Shown: positions 29,101 through 40,699, counted from the stretch's first letter. The stretch is DNA of 64,000 nt from Bacteriovoracia bacterium (GCA_050251055.1 JBFWNL010000001.1:139825-203824), one strand, 5' to 3'. Notes: generated by a model not told the origin, from the sequence alone. Made by a program: numbers and translations.

Positions 29101-29750
29101 GATTGGCCGGCGAGCATGGTTCCCATGGGTTCGATGGTGCCGCTGACGGCGACCGGCAGGCGTTTGCCAGTTTGCTCGAAATAGCGGTCGATGCCCAGGA
29201 GCGCGGCCTTGATGTTGCGGGTGTCTTGGCAGGTTTCCACCAATAGGTAGTCCGCGCCGCCTTCGACTAGACCCCGCGTTTGCTGGTAGAACTGCTCGGA
29301 AAGCTCCTCGAAAGTGATGCCGCCGGTGACCGAGATCGCTTTGGTAGTGGGGCCGATGGAGCCGGCGACGAAGCGCGGGCGATCGGGGCTTGAGAATTTC
29401 GCGGCGGCGGCGCGCGCGAGCTGCGCCGCTTGGAAGTTCACGTCGTAGGCTTTACTGCCGATCCCGAACTCGTCGAGCACGAGCGGAGTGGCGCCGAACG
29501 TGTTCGTTTCGGCGATATCGGCGCCAGCGGCGAAATAACTTTCGTGGATCGATTGAATGATCTGTGGTCGCGTGAGCACGAGGTTTTCGTTACAGCCTTC
29601 GAGCGCTACGCCTCCGAAGTCGGCGGCGGTGAGATTTTGCTGCTGGATCGCGGTTCCCATGGCGCCGTCGAGTACCAGGATGCGTGATTGTAGGGCGCGT
29701 TTGAGCTGACCAATTCGGTCGGGATCTGCGGGGGTAATTGCCTTTGCCAT
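26184..29750 (-). CDS. metH: Cobalamin-dependent methionine synthase
   Basis: LDGAMGT, GLNCATG, GGCCGT, VGERTN, GDVHDIGKN and RYSFGYPACP; all domains present. Confidence 0.97.
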   Translation of the reverse strand: MAKAITPADPDRIGQLKRALQSRILVLDGAMGTAIQQQNLTAADFGGVALEGCNENLVLTRPQIIQSIHESYFAAGADIAETNTFGATPLVLDEFGIGSKAYDVNFQAAQLARAAAAKFSSPDRPRFVAGSIGPTTKAISVTGGITFEELSEQFYQQTRGLVEGGADYLLVETCQDTRNIKAALLGIDRYFEQTGKRLPVAVSGTIEPMGTMLAGQSVEALLAALAHRDLLYIGLNCATGPEFMTDHIRSLAGLSRFPISCVPNAGLPDEDGKYLETPAMVANVVSRFMANGWINVVGGCCGTEPGHIKALAEAASHAKARQAAVEKRNFLSGVDFLEVTDDIRPVIVGERTNVIGSKKFKDLIKDEKFEDASEIARAQIKKGAQIIDICLANPDRDELSDMRKFLDVTVKKVRVPLMIDSTDEKVIEMALTYSQGKAIINSVNLEDGEERFEKVCPIANRFGAALVVGTIDDDPQQGMGVTRVRKLAIAERSYQLLTEKYGVEPEDIYWDPLVFPCATGDAQYVGSAVETIEGIRLIKEKFPRTKTVLGISNVSFGLPNAGREVLNSVFLYHCVQAGLDLAIVNSEKLERYASIPDEERKLAEDLLYNRTENGDPIAAFAAHFRERKVQAKIEKSLLPLDQRLASYIVEGSRDGLVEDLEEALQTRAPLEIINGPLMTGMDEVGRLFNDNKLIVAEVLQSAEAMKAAVAHLEPKMEKSQTAARGKILLATVKGDVHDIGKNLVEIILSNNGFNVINLGIKIPPEQLISAIREHNPDIVGLSGLLVKSAQQMVITADDFSKAGVATPMLVGGAALTSSFVDKRIAKAYTGGTVAYASDAMHGLELAKVIVDPDKFAGFREELERKRAASETANAKPVSQKPSVGPSNQRSSTISVLAEIPQPSDYERHLIKNTPIEQIWPYINPLMLFGRHLGLNGGLVRKLERAQKDLKVLRELESDNPKALQIFRTVQEVKEEYRNTEVLSPRAVFQFFRAESEGNSLHVHLGSNGSARMVTFQFPRQAKENGLCLSDYVAPKGTRAGQTPDNVAFFAVTVGKGIRELAETFKQRGDYLRSHIIQALALESAEAYAELLHSQLRKIWGFPDAPDTTMMQRFQAKYRGKRYSFGYPACPALEDQAKLWELLRPEEIGIQLTEGFMMDPEASVSAVAFHHPDATYFSVGDAVDSQRGL

Positions 29751-29874
29751 TATGAGGATACTCTTAACACACCACTATAAAGGCGCCATAGAAAGGTCAT
29801 CCGTGGGGCTAGGCGGAAAAAGATGAAATAGGGGTTCAACTTGGATTTAGCTATTGGTAGAGGTGGGTTGAAAA

Positions 29875-29951
29875 TGGAGCGGGAAAAGGGGCTCGAACCC
29901 TCGACCTCCACGTTGGCAACGTGGCGCTCTAGCCAACTGAGCTACTCCCGC
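29875..29951 (-). tRNA. tRNA-Gly (anticodon GCC)
   Basis: GCGGGAGTAGCTCAGTTGGCTAGAGC-CCACGTT-GCC-AACGTGG...GGTTCGAGCCC...CCCGCTCCA. Confidence 0.97.
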
Positions 29952-30041
29952 ATCCTAAAAGACTGTAATGCCAAGTCGTTATAACCAGGGTTTCACGGCG
30001 GGGTCAAGCTAGAACCGAGGCCGCCTAATGAGGATAAAGCT

Positions 30042-30590
30042 TTGAAGATTTACACGAAAGTCGGGGATCAAGGAAACACAGCACTCTTCGGCGGCGCGAA
30101 AGTCCGCAAGGACCACCTGAGAATCCGCACCTATGGCGGCATTGACGAGCTCAACTCCCAGCTGGGCCTGGTATTGGCCGAGGGAGGATTGCCCGGAGAT
30201 TCGATGGATCAGCTCAGGCGCGTGCAAGGCGAGCTCTTTCAGTTGGGCGCTGAATTGGCTACGCCCGCCGGTGGGAGGATCGTGCTTCGCCTGCTGCAAG
30301 AGAATGAGATCACGCGCCTCGAGAGCGAGATCGATGCGATGGAGGCGACGCTGCCTCCGCTCAAGAATTTCATTTTACCGGGAGGCACACGCCCGGCCGC
30401 GCTTTTACAAGTAGCGCGCGCGGTATGCCGGCGCGCCGAGCGGGATCTCGCAACGCTCACCGACGCCGAGCCTCAGCGTGGGGAAGTTTTGCGGTACGTG
30501 AATCGCTTGAGCGATTATCTCTTCGTGATGTCCCGCTACGTAAATCACCGGGCGAACGGCGAAGAGACGCCTTGGGTCGCGCCCCAGTAA
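30042..30590 (+). CDS. Cob(I)alamin adenosyltransferase, PduO type
   Basis: KIYTKVGDQG, GIDELNS, FILPGG, RAVCRRAER and YVNRLSDYLF. Confidence 0.95.
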   Translation: MKIYTKVGDQGNTALFGGAKVRKDHLRIRTYGGIDELNSQLGLVLAEGGLPGDSMDQLRRVQGELFQLGAELATPAGGRIVLRLLQENEITRLESEIDAMEATLPPLKNFILPGGTRPAALLQVARAVCRRAERDLATLTDAEPQRGEVLRYVNRLSDYLFVMSRYVNHRANGEETPWVAPQ

Positions 30591-30603
30591 ATCGAAATAG
30601 GAT

Positions 30604-31284
30604 CTAGAGGGTCCCTTTGATTTTCCCGGATTCGGCGGCTAGGCGGGCGAGTCGGCGAGCTTGAATGCGCTCCCGTTTTTGCTGTTTCTTTAACGCCCGC
30701 CGCTCGGCACGTACGCGGCGTGATTCCCGTAGCGCCGAGAACACTTCCACGACGTAATTCTGTGCCGACCACAGGCTAATAAAGAGCGAGATGTAAATCA
30801 GGGCCGTGCCGATTTCGAAGAACGGAATACCCAGGTAAGGCTCGAAAACGATGATGAACGGAATGCCCGTCATCTGCATCGCCGTTTTCCATTTTGCGCT
30901 GTTGGACGCGGCGATGACGAGGCCTTCGGCGCTGGCGAGCGCGCGCAAGCCGGTGATCGCCATTTCGCGGCAGATGAGCAGGATGACGATTGCCGGGTGC
31001 AGCCGGTCCAGGAACTGCAACATGATAAGCGCGGACACGACGAGAAACTTGTCCGCTAGCGGGTCCATGAGCTTGCCGTAAATGGTCACCGAGTTGGAGG
31101 TCCGGGCGAGGTAGCCATCGAAGTAATCCGTGATAGCGGCGATTCCGAAGGTGATGGCCGCGAACCAGTCCCACCCCGGAGTGCGCGCGAAAAGCGCGAC
31201 GACGAGGACCGGGACCAGCACAATCCGAAAGAGCGTCAGCATATTGGGAGCTGTGGTAAACTTCAGGTCGGACGGGGGCGCCAT
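30604..31284 (-). CDS. pgsA: CDP-diacylglycerol--glycerol-3-phosphate 3-phosphatidyltransferase
   Basis: PNMLTLFR and TDYFDGYLAR...GKLMDPLADK motif; start 31284 or 31302. Confidence 0.93.
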   Translation of the reverse strand: MAPPSDLKFTTAPNMLTLFRIVLVPVLVVALFARTPGWDWFAAITFGIAAITDYFDGYLARTSNSVTIYGKLMDPLADKFLVVSALIMLQFLDRLHPAIVILLICREMAITGLRALASAEGLVIAASNSAKWKTAMQMTGIPFIIVFEPYLGIPFFEIGTALIYISLFISLWSAQNYVVEVFSALRESRRVRAERRALKKQQKRERIQARRLARLAAESGKIKGTL

Positions 31285-31936
31285 GGGTTCTATTTCTAAC
31301 AAACCGATTCCTAAAGATCAACGATCGGTCCGGGCGTGGCTAGGTGCGTTTTTTTTCGTTTTCGCGGGGTTAGGACTTCATTCCGCGCAGGGGGGAAAGC
31401 CGCCGGTCGGGAGGGCTCCGCAGGTCTCCGACTACTTCAAGCCCGAGGCGCTTGCGCGGGTGTTGAAAGATCGCGAGGCCGTGGCGTCGGCTCGATTGGA
31501 TCAGCCGGACTACCATTTTTCGCTCGCGGTACTGGTGCGGGCAAGTCGTCCGCAGGTTTGGCAAACCGTCACGACTTACGGACTTTACGAAAAACTCATT
31601 CCGATGATCGAAAAGAGCGAGTTCGATGCCAAGACGAAGCGGCTGGAGCTGGCGGGCGGAATTTTCGGGTTTAAGCTGCGCTCCTTTTTGAAGTTCCGCG
31701 AACGCACGCCCCAGTGGCTCGAGTATGAAGTCGTGGAGGGGCATTTCGTGGGAATGAAGGGGCATCTAATCACCCAGGATGCGGGCGAAAAGGGCGTGAT
31801 TGTGGCACTCCTAGGTACCCACGCGAGCGACCAATGGCCGCCTAAATTCGTCATGGAAGAGGGAGCGAAGATAGTTTTGAATTTGACCGCTAACAAGATG
31901 AGATCTTATATTGAAGACCTCAAGCGTCAAAAATAA
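31283..31936 (+). CDS. Exported SRPBCC/START-like protein
   Basis: N-terminal hydrophobic segment; VRASRPQVWQTVT...YEVVEGHF pattern. Confidence 0.65.
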   Translation: MGSISNKPIPKDQRSVRAWLGAFFFVFAGLGLHSAQGGKPPVGRAPQVSDYFKPEALARVLKDREAVASARLDQPDYHFSLAVLVRASRPQVWQTVTTYGLYEKLIPMIEKSEFDAKTKRLELAGGIFGFKLRSFLKFRERTPQWLEYEVVEGHFVGMKGHLITQDAGEKGVIVALLGTHASDQWPPKFVMEEGAKIVLNLTANKMRSYIEDLKRQK

Positions 31937-31959
31937 AGGGAAGTTCGCAAGGGAGCACC

Positions 31960-32658
31960 ATGGATGAGGTTGGCAGCGATAGCGGAGACGGTAGCGAGCG
32001 GCGGCAGCGCGTTCGCCTGAATCTTTCCACCGAGCAGTTTCGCTTGAAGGAAAACGGTAAAATCTTCGGAGTCTTTGATATTTCTCGCACGGGCATGGCC
32101 ATCCAGGTGGTCGAACCCCAGGATTTTGCCCACTTTCCTGTGGGCCGCCAGATCGAAGGGATTCTAAATATCCAGCGTACGAAGTACCCGGTGATCGCCA
32201 TGGTGCGGCATCTGGGGGGCTCCATCGTGGGTTGCGAATTCGGTCAACTGCCGCCGAAAACGGAGAAAGCCATCCACGAGTTTCTCGATCCCAAGGTGAT
32301 CGGCCCGGAGCTACGCGAAGCGCCGGTAAAGAATCGGGACGCGATTTGGTTCCATGCTGCCTCGGGTACCGAACTCGTATTCTATCGGCGCGAGGCCGAG
32401 CAGGCTTTTCGCCGTTTTACCGTCCAGATTTTCGGCAGCTATGTACGTTGGGACGATCACGACGGGCTGAGCACCGGGCAAGTGCAAGCAGTCGATGACC
32501 GGCGAAGTGTGCCTGGCATCATTCGGCTGGAGACGATGATTCTCTCTCCGGACGGGCAGGTGGACTCAGGCAAGCTTGATATCGCCAAGCAGCTGATCCT
32601 AAGCTCGAACATACCCCAGGAGTTCAAAGACTGGGCGCAGGCGAAACTCGCGCGTTAG
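31960..32658 (+). CDS. PilZ domain protein
   Basis: ERRQRVR (RxxxR) and DISRTG (DxSxxG) motifs. Confidence 0.85.
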   Translation: MDEVGSDSGDGSERRQRVRLNLSTEQFRLKENGKIFGVFDISRTGMAIQVVEPQDFAHFPVGRQIEGILNIQRTKYPVIAMVRHLGGSIVGCEFGQLPPKTEKAIHEFLDPKVIGPELREAPVKNRDAIWFHAASGTELVFYRREAEQAFRRFTVQIFGSYVRWDDHDGLSTGQVQAVDDRRSVPGIIRLETMILSPDGQVDSGKLDIAKQLILSSNIPQEFKDWAQAKLAR

Positions 32659-32667
32659 CGCCCGCGT

Positions 32668-33423
32668 CTATTCGACCAAATAGCCACGCGAGCGGAAGTC
32701 GGCTTTCGCCGCCTCATATTTTTCCGGCGTAGAATAAAGCTTCCACACTCCCAGGTAATCCCGCGGCGTGGGTTTGTAGACATAGTAAGAGGAGTTAGGC
32801 TGGCCGCGCACCGTGATGATCGGCTTACTCCCATCCACGGCGAAGCCATTGTTGGTGTAGGCGTAATTCATCACGGAAGCCGGGTCGAAGCTAGTCAGCC
32901 CCTCGATCTGGGGTTGGATCTCAAAATATTTCCGGGCCTCGGGTTTTACGTTGTCGGTTTCGATCTGGATGACGGTATCCCGGTCGGGGCGTTGGTGCTC
33001 GTGCTCAAGCCCCAAAACGTGGCCGAGTTCGTGCGAAATGGTATAAACATCCGTGGCGCTATCGGGCGCGAGGATGAGCTCTTGGGCCCCGCCATCCGAG
33101 CCTATAACAGAAGTGCCGGCAAAGTGGGCTTGGATCCCTTCGGTTCTGGCTAACACCTTGAACTTCACGTAGCTGCCGCCTCCGAACAGGGTCTTTTTCT
33201 TTTCCTTGAAGCGGATGGGAGTGTGTACGGCATATTCATCCATGACCTCCTGGATGACTTTTTGTGCCTCTTCGTTCACGGAGGAATCGAATTGGAAGGA
33301 GACGACGCCGTCCTTCCAAAGTCGCGTAGTTTTTTCCCAGGCCGCGCCGAAGGAATTCACGGGCGTGACGCCTAAGAAAATCAGGGTGAATAGCGCGGCC
33401 GCGCGATGAAACGGAGTAATCAT
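32668..33423 (-). CDS. Secreted astacin-family (M12) metalloprotease
   Basis: Signal peptide; HELGHVLGLEHEHQRPDRD and SVMNY Met-turn. Confidence 0.93.
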   Translation of the reverse strand: MITPFHRAAALFTLIFLGVTPVNSFGAAWEKTTRLWKDGVVSFQFDSSVNEEAQKVIQEVMDEYAVHTPIRFKEKKKTLFGGGSYVKFKVLARTEGIQAHFAGTSVIGSDGGAQELILAPDSATDVYTISHELGHVLGLEHEHQRPDRDTVIQIETDNVKPEARKYFEIQPQIEGLTSFDPASVMNYAYTNNGFAVDGSKPIITVRGQPNSSYYVYKPTPRDYLGVWKLYSTPEKYEAAKADFRSRGYLVE

Positions 33424-33572
33424 AAGCCCTCTACTCTGAGCTGCTCCGCGATCCTTGGCAGAGGAAGTCTCATGACGCGCTGCGTATCAGTGGGGTTTTA
33501 AGTAGTCAACTAAAAAGGTCCATATTGAATTTGCCCTGGGTTTGGAACCCATCCGAAGGTATGAGAGGGCCT

Positions 33573-34532
<960 letters not shown>

Positions 34533-34556
34533 TCAGATCTGAGTAGCGAGGGTTTC

Positions 34557-34985
34557 ATGGCACAAGCGGAAGTAGAGAAAGTCGTCGATGTCGAAATGGG
34601 AAAACTGCTCGACGTCATCACGAAGTACGAAGCCTACCCAGAGTTCGTGGATGGCGTGAGCCGCATCGAAGTTGAGCGCAAGGGCCCGGGCCAGTCGCGC
34701 GTGAAGTACTGGCTGAAGTTAATTAAGGACATCGAGTACGTAGTGAATATGCAGGAGAATCGGGAGCACGGCGAGGTGAAGTGGACGCTCGCCGAAAGCT
34801 CGTTTCTCAACAAAAACGAAGGCGGGTGGAAGCTCACTGCCGCCGGTCCCGGCCGAACGAAGGTTCATTATAGCCTGGAGGTGGAGTTCAAGGTGCCGGT
34901 GCCGGGCCTGATCCTGCGGGGGCTCATCAAGAGCACGCTGCCTTCCACGGTCGAGAGTTTCGTAAAGCGCGCGAAGCAAGGATAG
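34557..34985 (+). CDS. SRPBCC/polyketide-cyclase (RatA/Coq10-like) protein
   Basis: YEAYPEFV...NEGGWKL...TKVHYSL pattern. Confidence 0.85.
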   Translation: MAQAEVEKVVDVEMGKLLDVITKYEAYPEFVDGVSRIEVERKGPGQSRVKYWLKLIKDIEYVVNMQENREHGEVKWTLAESSFLNKNEGGWKLTAAGPGRTKVHYSLEVEFKVPVPGLILRGLIKSTLPSTVESFVKRAKQG

Positions 34986-34990
34986 AGCCC

Positions 34991-35326
34991 ATGGCCGTAG
35001 ATGACTTACAAAGCAAAGCCGCCGAGATGATCAAGAAGGTGCTGACGGTGGGAGTCGGCACTATCTTCCTGACGGAAGAGCGCCTGCGTACCCTCGTGAG
35101 CGAGTTCAAACTGCCGAAAGAGTTGATGGAAGGCCTGCTTGAGAGCGCCTCGAAAACGCGGGAGCGTTTTTTTACGGGGCTTACGCAGGAATTCCTGGCC
35201 AAGGTCAGTGAGAAAACCGACGTGCGGGAGCTGATTGACGAATTTGTGTCCCGCTACGAGCTCGATCTCAACATTAAGGTAAACTTTAGGCCCCGGTCTA
35301 AGGACAAAAAAGCGGAAGTATCATGA
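34991..35326 (+). CDS. Hypothetical protein (phasin-like helical)
   Basis: KKVLTVGVGTIFLTEE pattern; co-oriented in the glpX cluster. Confidence 0.7.
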   Translation: MAVDDLQSKAAEMIKKVLTVGVGTIFLTEERLRTLVSEFKLPKELMEGLLESASKTRERFFTGLTQEFLAKVSEKTDVRELIDEFVSRYELDLNIKVNFRPRSKDKKAEVS

Positions 35327-35976
35327 GCGTCACGATTACCGCCTTCGAGCGCGCCCCCGATGGAGGGCGAGGACTGGTGCGGGACACGCGCGTGCGTTGG
35401 GCGCTTGAAGAAGTAGGTCAGCCCTATGATGTCCGGCTGGTGTCCTTCCAGTCACTGAAAGAGCCCGCCCACCTGGCGCTGAATCCATTTGGTCAGATCC
35501 CTACTTATGAACAAGGCGATCTTACCCTATTCGAAACGGGTGCGATCGTGTTCCACATCGCCGAGAGTCACGCGGGTTTAATGCCGGTCGAATCGCGAGC
35601 GCGAGCCCGCGCGATTACCTGGATGTTCGCCGCCCTGAATACGCTGGAGCCGCCGATATTTGAACTTTCCAACTCGCGGCTGCTGGAGGCGGATAAGCCT
35701 TGGGCCAAGGAGCGGCTGCCAATAGTGGAAGCACGCGTACGGGATCGGTTGCTTAGGCTCTCGGCCCATTTGGGTGACTCCGAATGGTTGGATGGGGCAT
35801 TCAGCGCGGGCGATTTGTTGATGGTTTCAGTACTCTTGCGGCTGCGATTGCCCGGCTTACTTCAGGAGTTCTCGAACCTAGCTGCCTATGTCGCTCGCGC
35901 GGAGGAGCGGCCCGCATACCAACGGGCATTTGCGGCGCAGTTAGCGGTCTATCGGGCCGGCCAACCTTCTGTTTAA
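35323..35976 (+). CDS. Glutathione S-transferase family protein
   Basis: RVRWALEE, NPFGQIP, LFETGAI and FSAGDL. Confidence 0.93.
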   Translation: MSVTITAFERAPDGGRGLVRDTRVRWALEEVGQPYDVRLVSFQSLKEPAHLALNPFGQIPTYEQGDLTLFETGAIVFHIAESHAGLMPVESRARARAITWMFAALNTLEPPIFELSNSRLLEADKPWAKERLPIVEARVRDRLLRLSAHLGDSEWLDGAFSAGDLLMVSVLLRLRLPGLLQEFSNLAAYVARAEERPAYQRAFAAQLAVYRAGQPSV

Positions 35977-35999
35977 TTGCCAGCACCTAGTGGGATATC

Positions 36000-37394
<1,395 letters not shown>

Positions 37395-37434
37395 GTAATT
37401 GACGACCTGGGTAGTTCCCGCTAAATATAGCAGA

Positions 37435-38229
37435 ATGAATCACCTGTTTGAAGCGCTTTGGCGGGACTACATCGGCCTCAATCCCGACGCGGGAAAGCTC
37501 TACCAGCTGCTCCTAGGCGAAGGGCTGACGGTGGAAAACGACCATGTCGCTTTTCGTACGTTCGAGGATCCGCGAATCAACATTGATAAGCTGGCGCAAC
37601 CCTTTCTGGCGATCGGATACGTCCGTAAAGATCAATACGTTTTCCGGGAAAAAAAGCTTCGGGCTTGGCACTTTGAGCACATTAGTGGCGATGCGCCCAA
37701 AGTGTTTATTAGCGAGCTAAAAACGCGCGAGTTCAGTCCTCGCTTGCAGGAAATCGTGAAAGGGCTCGTGGATCAGCTGCCCCAGGTCTTCACGCACGAC
37801 GAATCCTTTTTATGGAGGGGTCGGCCTTGGCAGGTGAGTTCGGATCAGTATCGAGCGCTGCTGGGGGAGAGCGAGTATGCGGCTTGGATGGCGGCCTTCG
37901 GTTTTCGCGCCAATCACTTCACGGTGAGCCTGAACAAGATGGGACGTTTCAAGACGGTCGCGGAGTTCAATGCCTTCATTAAAGGAAAAGGGTTCCGCCT
38001 GAACGCGAGCGGGGGCGAAATCAAAGGCGGGCCCAGCGATTTTCTGGAGCAGTCCTCGACGCTCGCCAATGAGATTGACGTGAAATTCTCCGACGGCACG
38101 ATGAGAATCCCCGCTTGTTATTACGAGTTCGCTAAGCGGTATCCTTTACCTGACGGAAAACTTTTTCAGGGATTCGTGGAAAAGTCGGCTGATAAAATTT
38201 TTGAAAGCACCGACACCGTAAAAAGCTAA
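37435..38229 (+). CDS. DUF1338 family protein (HglS-like 2-oxoadipate dioxygenase/decarboxylase)
   Basis: NDHVAFRT, PKVFISEL, SEYAAW, NHFT, LEQSST and YYEFAKR. Confidence 0.88.
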   Translation: MNHLFEALWRDYIGLNPDAGKLYQLLLGEGLTVENDHVAFRTFEDPRINIDKLAQPFLAIGYVRKDQYVFREKKLRAWHFEHISGDAPKVFISELKTREFSPRLQEIVKGLVDQLPQVFTHDESFLWRGRPWQVSSDQYRALLGESEYAAWMAAFGFRANHFTVSLNKMGRFKTVAEFNAFIKGKGFRLNASGGEIKGGPSDFLEQSSTLANEIDVKFSDGTMRIPACYYEFAKRYPLPDGKLFQGFVEKSADKIFESTDTVKS

Positions 38230-38269
38230 TTATACCAGGCAGTTGCAAAGCACCTTTAGGTCCTAAAAA

Positions 38270-38298
38270 TTGACCATTTAAGTCGTGTGATGTATGGT
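38270..38298 (+). promoter_or_regulatory. Putative sigma70 promoter for the serine protease
   Basis: TTGACC-N17-TATGGT, then AGGAG RBS before ATG 38336. Confidence 0.55.
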
Positions 38299-38335
38299 GG
38301 CCGCGTCAGTCGACCTACCCCTTTAGGAGAACTGC

Positions 38336-39628
38336 ATGCGGCTAACCGTTTCAGCTTGGGATTTGATTCAACGTTACCTCATTGTCTTCATGCTGGTGGG
38401 GGTGCCCTTGGCCAACGCCGCACGTATGATTTATGGCGAAGACGATCGGCGCGAGGTGGAGCTTTGGGAATTCAAGCAGCAGCCCTATCAAAACATTGTC
38501 CAGATCCTCACGGAGGACTGGGTACAGGGTGAGGACGGAAAGAAAAAGCGCAAGGTTTATGGGTGCACAGGAACTTTGGTCGGCCCGAATCTGGTGCTGA
38601 CGGCGGCCCACTGCTTTTCGGACGTGCTGGAACGCAAGGCGAGCGGTAACACAGGTTTTAAGGGGGAAAAGCCGTTTATTTATACGGAGAACCTACCGGG
38701 GCACTATGACCAAGTGGTCCGGACGAAATATGTCCGCTGGGGAGGGCTCGCGCCCTGGGAGAAAGATAGTGCCACAGATTGGGCGATTCTCGTGCTGGAG
38801 CGGCCGGTGGCTAAAGCGGGTGAATGGATCCCCGTCGCTTCCCGTACCGCGACCGAAAGGGGAAGCTATCCCTCGGGGTTGGAGCTGGCGGGTTATAGCG
38901 GAGATATAAAAGACGGCGAAGCGTTGAGTACGCATAAGGGATGCCGGTTTCGCGGCGCTTTGGGTTGGAATAGCTGGATGCTACTGCATGATTGCGACTC
39001 GACTCCCGGGTCGTCGGGATCGTCGATCTTGAGTTACGAAAACGGCAAATACGAAGTAGTGGGCCTTCACGTTGCTCATCGGGTGCCGGACGAAACGCCC
39101 CCCCAAAAAGAAGGCGAAGCTGCGGAAAAGCCTAACTATAGGGTGGCGGAGTACTCGGATCGCTATGCGAATATCGCGCTCAATACCCGATTATTCTATA
39201 AGGCATGGGAGGAGCTGATTTGGGAAAATACGACGGTGCCTGGCGGCCTCTCCGCGAACTGTCGCTACGGGTTCATCGATGCCAAATATCCCAAGATGGA
39301 AGACTTCAAAGCCGTATGCCGAGATTTGGGCGTGACAGAAAACGAGTACGCTGCTGGCTGCCCGGGAGTATTGCTGCAAGCAGGTTACGAGGGCCTTCGG
39401 CCTAGTGACCTGCGTGATTGTAAATATGTGAAGACGGAGACGGCTGCGAAGGCGGTCAAAGCTTTTGCCGAACGGAAGGTGAGCCTCGCGAATTACATGC
39501 TCGAGCGCTTGGGAAAGGTGAATACCGACGAGCAATTCGAGTGCGTAAAAAAGTTCCTTCCGGCGGAGGATGCGGGAGCCGGGATAAACGTGAATTTCCG
39601 CAAAGCGGCACGAGATTGCAAACTGTAG
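38336..39628 (+). CDS. Secreted trypsin-like (V8-type) serine protease with Cys-rich C-terminal domain
   Basis: IYGEDDR, CTGTLV, LTAAHC, DWAIL and CDSTPGSSGS catalytic motifs. Confidence 0.92.
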   Translation: MRLTVSAWDLIQRYLIVFMLVGVPLANAARMIYGEDDRREVELWEFKQQPYQNIVQILTEDWVQGEDGKKKRKVYGCTGTLVGPNLVLTAAHCFSDVLERKASGNTGFKGEKPFIYTENLPGHYDQVVRTKYVRWGGLAPWEKDSATDWAILVLERPVAKAGEWIPVASRTATERGSYPSGLELAGYSGDIKDGEALSTHKGCRFRGALGWNSWMLLHDCDSTPGSSGSSILSYENGKYEVVGLHVAHRVPDETPPQKEGEAAEKPNYRVAEYSDRYANIALNTRLFYKAWEELIWENTTVPGGLSANCRYGFIDAKYPKMEDFKAVCRDLGVTENEYAAGCPGVLLQAGYEGLRPSDLRDCKYVKTETAAKAVKAFAERKVSLANYMLERLGKVNTDEQFECVKKFLPAEDAGAGINVNFRKAARDCKL

Positions 39629-39631
39629 CGA

Positions 39632-40699
39632 TCAGCCGGTTTTAAGGTCCTTGAGCTGTCCGCCGTAGATCAGCACTAGGTAACGAAACAGTTCGTCGTC
39701 GATCTTGTGATGAATCTTTTCACGCATGAGTCGGAAGGCGTCGAAGGGCTCGCGCGCCTTGGAGTAACTGCGGTTCGTGGTGAGCGCGTTGAAGATGTCC
39801 GAGATGCACACAATCTTTGAGAATAAATGTACGTCGTTCCACTGCATGTGGCGAGGATAGCCGCCGCCGGTTTTGTCTTCGTGGTGCTCCAGGATGGCGG
39901 CTTTGGTCCGGTCTTTGATGACGGGGACATCCTTGACGATTTCGTAGCCCCACTGCGAGTGTTGGCGCATTTCATCCCACTCGGCTTCGTCTAGCGGGCC
40001 TTCTTTATTGATGATCTCTTTCTTGACCTTCACCTTGCCGATGTCGTGGAGTAGCCCGCCCAGGCCCAGCTCTTCAAGGTCTTGCGGATTCTTGATTCCG
40101 GCTTTGCGGCCCAGGATGATGGAGTTCACGGCCGTACCGACGGAGTGCTGAAGGGTGTAGTGGTCGTGACTCGAGAGCTTGGCCAGGTGTAGATAGGCTT
40201 CTGGCTCCTTCATGAGTACGTACACGAACGAGCCCACCATTTTATTGCTCTTGTTGATGTTCTCGGGCGAGGGGTTGTTGAACAAGTCTTCGACCATCAA
40301 GATAGCCGCCCGGCGTAGGGTGTCCATGCGCTGTTCTACCGGCATGGCCCCCTTTCCGACGCCGGAGACAATCTGCTGCTCCGCGAAGCGTTTGAGGTCT
40401 CCGAAGTCTTCCGTGCGCACGAGGATCTTCTCAAAGTTGCTCAGCGCGAGCGCCGAGTACGGTTGGTCGGCCTGGCGGAGGACCTCGACTTTTCCGTCTT
40501 TGTCATTGAAGAAGGCGATATCCGGCAGGGGAGCCATGCCGAGGTCGATCTTATTGACGAAAAGCACGGTAGGGACTTCGTAATAGCCCTCGACGGTTTC
40601 TTTCAGGCGCCCGGCGAAGGTTTTCTCGAGCGCATCCTGGTGCGCCTGTTCGGCGGCCGAGGCCGGAGCCGGGGAAGTAGAAGGATCGGTATCAGACAT
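39632..40699 (-). CDS. HD-GYP domain phosphodiesterase
   Basis: HDHYTLQHS, LLHDIGK, HHEDKTGGGYP and DIFNALT. Confidence 0.92.
   Translation of the reverse strand: MSDTDPSTSPAPASAAEQAHQDALEKTFAGRLKETVEGYYEVPTVLFVNKIDLGMAPLPDIAFFNDKDGKVEVLRQADQPYSALALSNFEKILVRTEDFGDLKRFAEQQIVSGVGKGAMPVEQRMDTLRRAAILMVEDLFNNPSPENINKSNKMVGSFVYVLMKEPEAYLHLAKLSSHDHYTLQHSVGTAVNSIILGRKAGIKNPQDLEELGLGGLLHDIGKVKVKKEIINKEGPLDEAEWDEMRQHSQWGYEIVKDVPVIKDRTKAAILEHHEDKTGGGYPRHMQWNDVHLFSKIVCISDIFNALTTNRSYSKAREPFDAFRLMREKIHHKIDDELFRYLVLIYGGQLKDLKTG

Noticed and set aside
28032-29246. 404-aa plus-strand ORF
   Set aside because: Antisense shadow of metH, typical of high-GC codon bias; no motifs
29751-29874. SAM or cobalamin riboswitch upstream of metH
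   Set aside because: No SAM-I core or B12-box sequence recognisable; the region is short and follows tRNA-Gly
34557-35326. RatA-type toxin-antitoxin pair
   Set aside because: The SRPBCC fold alone is not diagnostic, and the downstream gene does not resemble RatB/RnfH
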